Source: an uncultured Chlorobiaceae bacterium (GTDB lineage Bacteria; Bacteroidota; Chlorobiia; Chlorobiales; Chlorobiaceae). From it: a stretch of 56,932 nt of DNA. The notes beneath the pieces are model-generated. The model was not told the origin of the DNA, did not search any database, and saw nothing but the letters and a program-made list of their open reading frames with translations. The position numbers were made by a program, and so were the translations under genes. Numbering within the stretch: the first letter of the stretch is position 1; every line of letters begins with the position of its first letter. The DNA is taken from assembly GCA_903937835.1 (NCBI GenBank), contig CAJAAV010000118.1, positions 1-56,932 of the forward strand, given 5' to 3'. Below, one piece after another: positions 44,975-56,932 of the stretch.

Positions 44975-46267
44975 ATGAATGATAAACTGTCACGCAGGGA
45001 TTTTAATAAGCTGCTCCTGTCGGGTGTTGCGGGTTCGGCGCTTGGTCTATTTGGTAACTCGCAAAGTGCGTTTGCCTCTACCAAAAGAGTTGTGGTCATT
45101 GGAGGTGGTTTCGGAGGGGCGTCGGCAGCCAAATATCTGAGAAAGCTGGATCCATCCATTCAGGTTACTCTCGTTGAGCCAAAAGCAGTGTATTACACCT
45201 GTCCATTCAGCAACTTGGTTCTCGGCGGATTGAAGAGCATGGATGATATTGCTCATACTTATGCAGTACTTCAGAGTAAATATCAGGTCAACATTGTCGC
45301 AGATGTCGTTACCGAGATTGATATAGCTAAAAATACGGTCAAACTGAAAAGCGGTAAGGCACTGGCTTATGATCGACTGATCGTTTCTCCCGGTATTGAT
45401 TTCAAATGGAATTTTCTTGAGGGTTATAGTGAAGCTGTTGCGAACACTCGAATGCCCCATGCCTGGCAGGCTGGATCGCAGACAATTCTGCTGCATAAAC
45501 AGCTCCTTGACATGAAAGATGGAGGGAGGGTCTTCATCTGTCCTCCAGCCAATCCATTTAGATGTCCTCCAGGGCCGTACGAACGGGCCAGTCTTATTGC
45601 GGCTTATCTCAAGGCAAGCAAGCCGCTGTCGAAAGTTATCATTTTTGACGCAAAGGATAAGTTCTCCAAACAGGGGTTATTCAAGAAAGGATGGGAGCGG
45701 CTTTATCCAGGAATGATTGAGTGGCGCTCTAATGTAATGGGTGGAAAGATTACCAAGGTTGATGCCTCAGCCATGACGGTTACGACCGAATTCGGAGTTG
45801 AAAAAGGGGATGTCATCAATCTCATTCCTGCACAGAAAGCCGGTAAAATAGCGTTTGATGCTGGTCTTACCGATGCGACGGGATGGTGCCCTATCAATCC
45901 TGTCTCCTTTGAATCAACCCTGCACCCTGGAATTCATGTGATTGGTGATGCATCTGCTGCCGGGGCTATGCCAAAATCAGGATTTGCTGCGAGCAGTCAG
46001 GGGAAAGTGGCTGCTGCCGCCATTGTCAGACTGTTTCAGGGCAAGGTTCCTGCGGCTCCTTCTCTTGTCAACACCTGCTATAGCCTGCTTGCGGAAAACT
46101 ATGGTATTTCAGTTGCCGGCGTTTACAAGCTTGCTGCTGAGGGAATTGTGGAAATCAAGGACGCTGGTGGTATCACCCCCATCGATGCTGATGACAACCA
46201 CCTTAGTCAGGAAGCAATGTTTGCTCAAGGCTGGTATCAGAATATCTCTCTGGATACCTGGGGGTAA
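44975..46267 (+). CDS. fccB: Flavocytochrome c sulfide dehydrogenase flavoprotein subunit
   Basis: Tat signal [21 protein letters not shown] (FAD-linking Cys), RCPPGPYER and NTCYS (active-site Cys pair). Confidence 0.95.
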   Translation: MNDKLSRRDFNKLLLSGVAGSALGLFGNSQSAFASTKRVVVIGGGFGGASAAKYLRKLDPSIQVTLVEPKAVYYTCPFSNLVLGGLKSMDDIAHTYAVLQSKYQVNIVADVVTEIDIAKNTVKLKSGKALAYDRLIVSPGIDFKWNFLEGYSEAVANTRMPHAWQAGSQTILLHKQLLDMKDGGRVFICPPANPFRCPPGPYERASLIAAYLKASKPLSKVIIFDAKDKFSKQGLFKKGWERLYPGMIEWRSNVMGGKITKVDASAMTVTTEFGVEKGDVINLIPAQKAGKIAFDAGLTDATGWCPINPVSFESTLHPGIHVIGDASAAGAMPKSGFAASSQGKVAAAAIVRLFQGKVPAAPSLVNTCYSLLAENYGISVAGVYKLAAEGIVEIKDAGGITPIDADDNHLSQEAMFAQGWYQNISLDTWG

Positions 46268-46291
46268 AACACTATTATATTATACTTTCCA

Positions 46292-46328
46292 ATGCAAAAA
46301 GCTCGACAGTATGTTGGGCTTTTTGTGT
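46292..46328 (+). terminator. Intrinsic terminator after fccB
   Basis: AAAAAGCTCGACA-GTA-TGTTGGGCTTTTT stem with G-U pairs and a T-tract. Confidence 0.7.
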
Positions 46329-46441
46329 TATGGGTCCATTATTTCTATTGTTTTCTGCTGGATGCAGATTGTTAGCTAATCACTACCCCATTTTATATAT
46401 TGGCAGAATTATTTTTTGCCCAGCGTAACGCGATGCCATCA

Positions 46442-48295
46442 ATGAAAAATAAACGTTTAAACCTTCTTCTTATTGCAGTCGTCACGTTTGTGGCAGTTTG
46501 GTCATTATGGCCTACCTGGCGGGACTACTCCCTTTCGAAACAGCTCAATAGTTTTGGGTCAGCCCAGGACAGCCTGAAATATGCGCTGAGTCACCGAGAG
46601 GATATTGAAGACGCCCGTAAAAAAAGTCTGAAACTTGGCCTGGATTTAAAAGGGGGCATGCATCTGGTTATGGAAGTTGACCAGGTGGATCTGTTTGAAC
46701 AGAAAGCATGGAATAAAGATGCAAAGTTTGCCACCATCATGCAGGTCGTCAGGGCAAAGTCCGCACAAAGTGACGCACGGGTTATAGATCTTCTGGTTAC
46801 TGAGTTCAAAAATAATAATATTCGCCTGAGCCGGTATTTTTATGATATCCGCAACAGCGATCAGGAAATTGTAGGAAAGCTGGAAAAGGAATCCGATGAG
46901 GCTTTAAGTCGTGCCAAAGAGATTATCCGCAATCGTATAGACCAATATGGTGTCGCGGAACCGGTCATTACCACACAGGGCAGCAGAAAAATCATTATTG
47001 AGCTTCCTGGTGTTTCGGATGAAAACAGAGTGAGAAATCTGCTGAAAGGCACAGCCAAGCTTGAATTCAGGCTTTTGCGAGAACCGGAAGTGATGGTCAG
47101 GACGCTGGACAGGATCAATACATATCTTGTCGACAACGGTGTTGCCGCATCTATGGCGCCAGTTCCCGATTCGTCAGCATCCGCTCACGCTGCTCTTCCG
47201 CAATCCGGGAGCACACCCTCTACCCCGGCCAACAAATCGACCTCTGCTAAACCGCTTTATGATGTGATCGTCGTTTTTCAGAACGGTACGGTCTATACTT
47301 CAGAGCACACGAAGGAGTTTGTTTCCACTTTGTTGCATCGCAGTGACATACAGGCGCTTCTGCCTCCGGATACCGAGCTGCTTCTTGCTGCAAAACCGGA
47401 TGTTGGAAAAAACGGTGAAAAGCTTTACTCCATCTATCTTGTTAAAAAGGCGCCAGAGTTGACTGGCGGTGTCATTACTGAGGCAAAGGCCACTTTTGGT
47501 TCACAGGGTGTTCAGCCCGAAGTGTTGATGTCGATGAACACCGAAGGAACTTCGAAATGGGCCCGCATTACAGGAGCCAATATCGGCAAACGTATTGCAA
47601 TTGTCCTTGATGGCGCGGTTTACAGTGCTCCTGTTGTTCAGTCCAAGATTCCCAATGGTAATTCAGTGATTAACGGAATTGAAAGTCTTGAGGAGGCGAA
47701 GGATCTTGAAATTGTGCTTAAAGCCGGTGCGCTTCCAGCTCCAGTCAGGATTACTGAAGAACGAAGCGTCGGTCCATCACTTGGCGCTGATTACATCCGT
47801 GCAGGGATGCAGTCTCTTGCATGGGCCTTCTGCACAGTTTCGATCTTTATGCTTGTCTACTACAAGAAAGCAGGTATTGCGGCAGATATAGCCCTGGTGC
47901 TTAATATTCTTATTGTGCTTTCGGTACTTGCAGGTTTCAACGCCTCTCTTTCATTGCCAGGCATTGCCGGCATTGTGCTGACCATTGGTATGGCGGTCGA
48001 TGCCAACGTGCTGATCTATGAAAGGATACGAGAAGAGCTTGCTGAAGGAAAGAGTGTGGTCTCAGCCGTCACGCAGGGTTATGACCGGGCGTTTTCCTCG
48101 ATTCTTGACTCACATGTCACGACCCTTTCTGCGGCCTTTTTGCTCTATACTTATGGCATAGGCCCAATTCAGGGGTTTGCTGTCACACTGATGATTGGTA
48201 CCTCGGCAAGCCTGTTTACGGCAATCGTGGTGACCAGAGAGATTTTCCATCTGCTGCTTGCCAAAAACCTTATGTCAGACAAAAGTTTCGGTTAA
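46442..48295 (+). CDS. secD: Protein translocase subunit SecD
   Basis: [24 protein letters not shown] and [17 protein letters not shown] motifs. Confidence 0.97.
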   Translation: MKNKRLNLLLIAVVTFVAVWSLWPTWRDYSLSKQLNSFGSAQDSLKYALSHREDIEDARKKSLKLGLDLKGGMHLVMEVDQVDLFEQKAWNKDAKFATIMQVVRAKSAQSDARVIDLLVTEFKNNNIRLSRYFYDIRNSDQEIVGKLEKESDEALSRAKEIIRNRIDQYGVAEPVITTQGSRKIIIELPGVSDENRVRNLLKGTAKLEFRLLREPEVMVRTLDRINTYLVDNGVAASMAPVPDSSASAHAALPQSGSTPSTPANKSTSAKPLYDVIVVFQNGTVYTSEHTKEFVSTLLHRSDIQALLPPDTELLLAAKPDVGKNGEKLYSIYLVKKAPELTGGVITEAKATFGSQGVQPEVLMSMNTEGTSKWARITGANIGKRIAIVLDGAVYSAPVVQSKIPNGNSVINGIESLEEAKDLEIVLKAGALPAPVRITEERSVGPSLGADYIRAGMQSLAWAFCTVSIFMLVYYKKAGIAADIALVLNILIVLSVLAGFNASLSLPGIAGIVLTIGMAVDANVLIYERIREELAEGKSVVSAVTQGYDRAFSSILDSHVTTLSAAFLLYTYGIGPIQGFAVTLMIGTSASLFTAIVVTREIFHLLLAKNLMSDKSFG

Positions 48296-48316
48296 TATTT
48301 CAAGACGTTTCAACCC

Positions 48317-49252
48317 ATGAGGATATTTCAGAAGACCAACTTTAACTTTATCCGGTATCGTAAAATTGCGTACGGTTTTTCTATCATTCTGCTGCTTGCG
48401 GGCATGGGTTCGCTCGTCTTTAAAGGGCTGAACTACGGGATTGATTTCAGGGGAGGTTCCGAGGTGGTGATACGATTCGACAAAAACATTGATGTCGGTC
48501 AGATTCGTCTGGTTCTTGATGCGGCAGGTGTTTCAGGAACTCTGAAGCAGTATGGCATGGATCGCTCTTTCCTGTTCAGCACCGTCTTCCAGGGAGATAG
48601 CGGGCAACTGAAATCTCTGGTTTCAAACGCCCTTAATGATCGTATCAAGGGTAATCATCATGAAATTGTGCGTATTGATGCCGTAGGCCCGAGTATTGCT
48701 TCCGATTTGAAATGGTCTGCAGTCAAGGCGCTCTTTGCATCCCTTTTTGCCATCCTTCTTTATGTGGGGTTCCGGTTTGAAATTAAATTTGCAACAGCAG
48801 GCGTGATTGCGATTTTTCATGATATCCTGACTGTGCTGGGGCTCTTCAGTATTCTTGGAGGGCTCTTTACCTTCATGCCGCTTGAAATGGATCAGAGCAT
48901 CATCGCTGCGTTTCTCACGATAGCAGGTTATTCCATTACCGATACCGTGGTCGTCTACGATCGTATCAGGGAGAGGATAAGGGGGCAGAAACCGTCTGAA
49001 TATGAGAGGATTTTCAATGAAAGCATGAACCAGACACTCAGCCGCACGATTATAACGTCAGGAACAGTGCTACTCTCGGTTTTTGTGCTCTTTATCTTTG
49101 CTGGACCAGCCATCAGAGGTTTTGCTTTCGCCGTCTTTACCGGTATTATGATAGGCACGTATTCATCAATCTTTGTTGCGGCACCGCTGGTGTATGATTG
49201 GCTCAGGCTTACAAAAAGCTCTGTTCGATTGAGGGGGAGCAAGATTTCCTGA
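48317..49252 (+). CDS. secF: Protein translocase subunit SecF
   Basis: GIDFRGG, GYSITDTVVVYDRIRE and GTYSSIF motifs. Confidence 0.97.
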   Translation: MRIFQKTNFNFIRYRKIAYGFSIILLLAGMGSLVFKGLNYGIDFRGGSEVVIRFDKNIDVGQIRLVLDAAGVSGTLKQYGMDRSFLFSTVFQGDSGQLKSLVSNALNDRIKGNHHEIVRIDAVGPSIASDLKWSAVKALFASLFAILLYVGFRFEIKFATAGVIAIFHDILTVLGLFSILGGLFTFMPLEMDQSIIAAFLTIAGYSITDTVVVYDRIRERIRGQKPSEYERIFNESMNQTLSRTIITSGTVLLSVFVLFIFAGPAIRGFAFAVFTGIMIGTYSSIFVAAPLVYDWLRLTKSSVRLRGSKIS

Positions 49253-49349
49253 GAGTCTTTGTCATGATCTTGAGAGTTATGCAATATGTACCTTCGAGCC
49301 CATTGTAGCCGGAGAACTTTAAAAATATTCACCAGTCAGGAGTCGGTGC

Positions 49350-52613
<3,264 letters not shown>

Positions 52614-52684
52614 CTATAACTTATGAGATGAAATTTGTATCGCAAGATAACAAAAATGCCGTTATTATGCTTGCCTTATGTCAT

Positions 52685-53077
52685 TCAGGAGCTTGCCCAA
52701 AAGGCGTCCTGAAAATGTTCGACACTGAAGGAGTCTATCCTGTTTCCCTCCATGCCATGTATCAGAATGGCAACCACATCGAAACGGCAATCGACATCGA
52801 TTGCGCTGGACAACGCAAGGTATGCTCGAGCTGCCTTGATGATTTCACGCTGTTTCTGTGGTGTGACCGCTTCAGCCGGATGCCCTTTAGCAGAAGAGAA
52901 TCGGGTTTTCACCTCAACAAAGCAGAGTGTTTTCTGATGGAGGGCAATGACATCTATTTCATTCCGATGAAACCGGTAATTGCGTTCAATGATCCGATAC
53001 CCCTCCTTGACCAGATAGTCAGCGGCAATCTGCTCACCCTCCGGTCCGAGCAGGTGCGGATCGTAGGCAATCTTCAT
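52685..53077 (-). CDS. yraN: YraN (UPF0102) family PD-(D/E)xK nuclease
   Basis: GE..A..YL...GY.I..RNYR, EIDVI, FVEVKTR and RFDV motifs; start overlaps the rnhB stop. Confidence 0.92.
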   Translation of the reverse strand: MKIAYDPHLLGPEGEQIAADYLVKEGYRIIERNYRFHRNEIDVIALHQKTLCFVEVKTRFSSAKGHPAEAVTPQKQREIIKAARAYLALSSAIDVDCRFDVVAILIHGMEGNRIDSFSVEHFQDAFWASS

Positions 53078-53694
53078 GGCTTTTCGCCCAGTTGACGAAG
53101 CTTGAAGCTTAAACGATGAATCGGGCACCGTCCATGCTGCCTGATTGCATCAACGTGAGCCTTGGTGGCATAACCGGCATGACGTTCAAAGCCGTAGTGC
53201 GGATATTGTGCGCCGTATGCCACCATCAGCTCGTCCCTGTGCGTTTTGGCCAGCACCGATGCTGCTGCAATTGAAAAGACCTTTGAATCGCCCTTCACAA
53301 TGGTTTCATAAGGAATGGGAAGGTCAGTTCTGAACCGGTTTCCATCCACAAGCAGCAGTTCAGGTATTTTGGGTAAAGACATGACGGCGTTATTCATGGC
53401 AAGCATGGTAGCCTGAAGAATGTTGATTCGGTCAATCGTGTCGTGGTCAACTGCTGCGATCGCCCAGAATGCAGCGGCTTTTTTGATGGCAGGTGCGAGC
53501 CTGTTCCTCTCTCCTGCTGAAAGCTGCTTGGAATCATTCAAAAGTTCAAGAATAGTATCGTCAGGCCTGAACCAGCGCGGAAAAACAACTGCTGCGGCAA
53601 CCACAGGCCCAGCAAGAGGGCCGCGGCCCGCCTCGTCAATGCCGCAGATTCGCCTTGATTGTCTCCAAAGAGGCCATTCGTAGTCGGTTATCAT
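53074..53694 (-). CDS. rnhB: Ribonuclease HII
   Basis: [19 protein letters not shown] and IAAASVLAK motifs. Confidence 0.97.
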   Translation of the reverse strand: MITDYEWPLWRQSRRICGIDEAGRGPLAGPVVAAAVVFPRWFRPDDTILELLNDSKQLSAGERNRLAPAIKKAAAFWAIAAVDHDTIDRINILQATMLAMNNAVMSLPKIPELLLVDGNRFRTDLPIPYETIVKGDSKVFSIAAASVLAKTHRDELMVAYGAQYPHYGFERHAGYATKAHVDAIRQHGRCPIHRLSFKLRQLGEKP

Positions 53695-54142
53695 GAGTGC
53701 ATCACAAAAGTATTGTGAATAATTCTGAGTTGAAACTTAAAAATATCAGAGCGAAATGAGTTGGTATTTTTTGCTGTGAAATTATTCTTCCCGTGTGCAG
53801 TTCAAAGAAATATACCGCATTTATGGTATGAAATATGCCGTTAAAAAGGGATTTACAATGCACAGTATTTTGTTGATTTTGCAGTCAGTTATACATGATG
53901 TCGTGTTTTTCTGTCATCCTAAGCGCTCTTGTCACTTATGGCACACTCAACTTCAGCGTGGTTCTCGACCACCATCCAGTGGGCTCCTTTCCTGAAAAAG
54001 TCGATCCATCCAAACTCTCCACAATTGGAGAAGCTGGACGCTGCACTTGCTGGCACAGATTCTCATAAAAGCAGTTCTCGTGTTTTGTTGCCTGAAGAGG
54101 AGATCATCATCCAGATGGCAAAAGAGTATCCTGCACTGTTCA

Positions 54143-54817
54143 TCACATAAGTAATAACGCCCTGTTCAAAAAATGAACAAGCGGGCTGACCGTCCTGAAA
54201 ACGTTAGCCACCTCTGTCACAAATCCCGGTTCAGTGACCTCATGATCCGCAAAAAATCGCTGGGTGTAGTACCCTTTGAACTTGAGATACTCCACTGCAG
54301 GATTGGCACTCTCATACCCTTTCGGCGGCCTGACCAATTTTCCTGAAGGCAGCACCCCTTCCGGAAAATGTGCCGAGAAGACCTTGTCTGCCAGTATTGC
54401 CTGCCACTCCCCGAAATGGGCATCAATTTCTCGCCTTGTTTGCTCAAGAACGGCGGCTTCAGGCATATAAATTCCCCCTCCGGCAAACGATCCGCCTGGT
54501 TCCAGATGGAGATAATAGCCTCCCCAGGGACTCTTTCTGCCACCCTTGTTCATAAAAGCAAAGAAATTTGTCTTGTAGGGCGACTTCTCCCTGGAAAACC
54601 GGATATCGCGGTTGATGCGCATGATGCAGCTTTTCGGATCAAGAGGTGATGTGGCAATATCTTTGTCGAAAGCTGATATTCCCGCAAGAAGCTGAATCAC
54701 GGTCTCAAGCATATCGCTGTATGCCTGCTGGTACTCTGCTTTATGCTCCCCGAACCAGAGTCGATCATTATTGGCTTTCAGGTCACGCAGAAAGACGAGA
54801 GTAGCGTCGGTAATCAT
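54143..54817 (-). CDS. DUF2461 (TIGR02453) family protein
   Basis: FLRDLKANNDRLWF, RINRDIRFS..KSPYK and YYLHLEPG motifs. Confidence 0.88.
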   Translation of the reverse strand: MITDATLVFLRDLKANNDRLWFGEHKAEYQQAYSDMLETVIQLLAGISAFDKDIATSPLDPKSCIMRINRDIRFSREKSPYKTNFFAFMNKGGRKSPWGGYYLHLEPGGSFAGGGIYMPEAAVLEQTRREIDAHFGEWQAILADKVFSAHFPEGVLPSGKLVRPPKGYESANPAVEYLKFKGYYTQRFFADHEVTEPGFVTEVANVFRTVSPLVHFLNRALLLM

Positions 54818-54993
54818 GGGGGTTATGGTATGCGTTATAGCAAAAATATTATTCAGAGAAGTTACGCAGTGTTTATGGTTCTTGAAAGAGGACGGCATAA
54901 TAATATCGGCTTTTTTGCAGGGATAAAGCTGGCGGCAGAGTCGGCGACAGCCATAGAACGGGGGTATGTTCTTCGGGTTATGCGTTTATGCCC

Positions 54994-55050
54994 TTGCCAC
55001 TTATTTTAGAAAAGGCTATTATCCTATAATAAACATCATTCTTATTTTAG
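54994..55050 (+). promoter_or_regulatory. Sigma70-type promoter of the fic gene with overlapping repeats
   Basis: TTGCCA-17 bp-TATTAT; CTTATTTTAG at 55000 and 55041, and an imperfect inverted copy CTATAATAAA at 55024. Confidence 0.6.
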
Positions 55051-55065
55051 TTTAACACTGAACGC

Positions 55066-56256
55066 ATGAAACGCGAACTCCAGGGGCATTATGTTACTGT
55101 ATCAACCGTTGGCGAGCGGGTGTTGGCCTTTGTTCCGCTTCCATTGCCTCCGGATCCGCCAATCAACTGGACACCGGAGCTGCGCAACAAATTCGATCAA
55201 GCGCTGCTGGCGCTTGGCCGGTTGGACTCTGTTTCGACGCTTCTGCCCGATACATCTCTTTTTCTTTACCTGTATGTTCGCAAGGAGGCTCTTCTCTCCT
55301 CGATGATTGAGGGGACACAGTCGTCGCTGGCTGACCTGCTGCTGTTTGAACTCGACCAGGAGCCGGGAGTGCCCCTGCATGATGTTCAGGAGGTCAGTCA
55401 CTATGTTGCGCTTTGCCATGGATTGAAGCGTCTGAAAGAGGGGTTTCCGCTCTCTCTGCGGTTGATAAAGGAGGTCCATGCTGTTCTTCTGGCAAAGGGA
55501 CGGGGAAGTCACCAGACGCCGGGTGAATTTCGCAAAAGTCAGAACTGGATTGGCGGAACAAGGCCGGGTAATGCGGTTTACGTGCCGCCACCGCCTGACA
55601 AGGTTATGGAGTGTATGGGCAAACTTGAGCTGTTTCTGCACGATCAGCCCGAGCCAACTCCAATTCTGCTCAAGGCCGCGTTGGCGCACGTGCAGTTTGA
55701 GACCATCCATCCATTCCTTGATGGGAACGGCCGCCTTGGTCGTCTGCTGATGACGCTGCTGCTTTGCTCAGAGGGTGTGCTGCAGGAGCCGATGCTCTAT
55801 TTGAGCCTCTATTTCAAGCGACATCGGCACTCTTATTATGCATTGCTGAACAATGTGCGCTTGCATGGCGACTGGGAGGCATGGTTCAACTTCTTTGCAG
55901 ATGCCGTTATTCTCACCGCAACCCAGGCGGTAGAGACGGCGCAGCAACTGCTTGAGCTCACCGGCAAGGATCGTCTTAAAATCATGGAGCTTGGCCGACC
56001 TGCGGCCTCCATCTTGCAGGTGCATCGGGCGTTGACTGAGCATCCGATTGCTACGTCAGGTTTGCTCGTGGAGAAGACGGGCATAAGCCATGCAACGGTC
56101 AACAAGTCGCTTGAGCATCTTGGACGGCTGGGAATAGTAAGGGAGCTGACCAACATGAAACGAAACCGTTTGTTCAGTTATGGCAGGTATCTTGATATTC
56201 TGAATCAGGGCATGGAGCTGCCGGATGCTGCCATGGCGGCGACTTTTACGGTGTAA
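55066..56256 (+). CDS. Class II Fic-family adenylyltransferase with C-terminal winged HTH
   Basis: Canonical HPFLDGNGRLGR motif; N-terminal inhibitory motif SSMIEG; HTH-like C-terminus (ISHATVNKSLEHL..LGIV). Confidence 0.92.
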   Translation: MKRELQGHYVTVSTVGERVLAFVPLPLPPDPPINWTPELRNKFDQALLALGRLDSVSTLLPDTSLFLYLYVRKEALLSSMIEGTQSSLADLLLFELDQEPGVPLHDVQEVSHYVALCHGLKRLKEGFPLSLRLIKEVHAVLLAKGRGSHQTPGEFRKSQNWIGGTRPGNAVYVPPPPDKVMECMGKLELFLHDQPEPTPILLKAALAHVQFETIHPFLDGNGRLGRLLMTLLLCSEGVLQEPMLYLSLYFKRHRHSYYALLNNVRLHGDWEAWFNFFADAVILTATQAVETAQQLLELTGKDRLKIMELGRPAASILQVHRALTEHPIATSGLLVEKTGISHATVNKSLEHLGRLGIVRELTNMKRNRLFSYGRYLDILNQGMELPDAAMAATFTV

Positions 56257-56376
56257 TCGTTGCTGCGGATTGCTGATTACGACGTGTTTATGTGATGCGT
56301 TTCTGTCGATGGATGCGGGCGACAACTCAATAATGTTTCTGTCGGTGATGAGCGTCATGGGCTAAAGTTTCTTTGG

Positions 56377-56812
56377 AATCTTGCCGCTGGCGATCAGGGA
56401 CGGCAGTTCATTGAAACGTTGTCGCAAATGACAGGAGCCGATGTTGCGGCCTCGGATGATGCTACGGGCAGCACGGCTGCGGGTGGCGATTGGGTGCTGG
56501 AGGTGCAGAGTGGCACGGTGAAGCAAACGGCAACGGTAGATGCGCTTGAACTATGGCTATCTCCTGGCAAACAGCATCCCGACTGTGTCTGGCCCCCTTG
56601 CGACAACAGTCACGGAAGGAGATTCGTTTGTCAGCCTGAACCTGCTGGCAAATGCCCATGATGCTGACCTCACCGACACGCTTCGTGTTGGAACTGTCAG
56701 CTATACCGTTAATGGTGTGGCATCTGCGTTGCCTGTGGGAATCACGATGAACGGCAGTACCCTCACCATTGTTCCCGTCAATACTGCCTATAACCTAAAC
56801 TGCGCGATTTAA
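56377..56812 (+). pseudogene. Fragment of a DUF4347 plus Ig/cadherin-like large surface protein
   Basis: NLAAGDQGRQFIETLSQMTGADVAASDDATG...GGDWVLE (end of DUF4347) without a start codon; +1 frameshift near 56546 into NYGYLLANSIPTV...NLLANAHDAD; premature end. Confidence 0.75.
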
Positions 56813-56915
56813 CATAAAAAAAGCCTCAATATTCTTAGTTAAAACGTTATATTATAATGGGTAACGAGCAATTACCATTTGTAACGTAACACAAACCAAG
56901 AAATCAGGAGGCTTT

Positions 56916-56932
56916 ATGTCAGAAGATACAAA
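56916..56932 (+). CDS. Start of an unidentified gene truncated by the window end (MSEDT...)
   Basis: AGGAGG at 56906-56911, ATG at 56916, TATAAT at 56853. Confidence 0.4.

Noticed and set aside
53985-54068. Resemblance of IGEAGRCTCWH to a CDGSH iron-sulfur domain, and of VVLDHHP to a DHH motif
   Set aside because: The CDGSH ligands and the rest of either fold are missing; likely chance

Overview
This window is the replication-origin region of a bacterial chromosome, very probably a green sulfur bacterium (Chlorobiaceae). That assignment is inferred from the split F0 atp operon, the soyYZ-fccAB cluster and the gene order, not from a database search. The left part (almost all minus strand) holds tRNA-Ala(CGC), atpZ/I-B-E-F-H, pgeF, a CoA-transferase and the dcw cluster (mraZ to ftsZ). 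Next come an orphan TpsB/ShlB-type outer-membrane transporter, chorismate mutase-mltG-pgk-rhomboid, and rpmH-rnpA-yidD-yidC-PAP2-rlmD. The centre holds dnaA-dnaN-recF-dciA with DnaA-box clusters on both sides of dnaA, then fprA, a family-B DNA polymerase, and mnmG bracketed by two parS sites. The right part holds soyY-soyZ-fccA-fccB, secD-secF-surA, rnhB-yraN-gyrB, DUF2461, a class II Fic-HTH gene, a frameshifted DUF4347/Ig-like adhesin remnant and the first codons of a gene cut by the window edge. Most of the window is core housekeeping, and I found no CRISPR array, prophage or unambiguous new system. The best leads are the SoxYZ-like carrier ending in a terminal Cys (AQAC) coupled to flavocytochrome c, the partnerless TpsB upstream of the dcw cluster, an FtsZ with two C-terminal anchor peptides and a Gly-to-Lys change in its signature loop, the parS-mnmG-parS-polB arrangement, and the decaying accessory island at the right edge.
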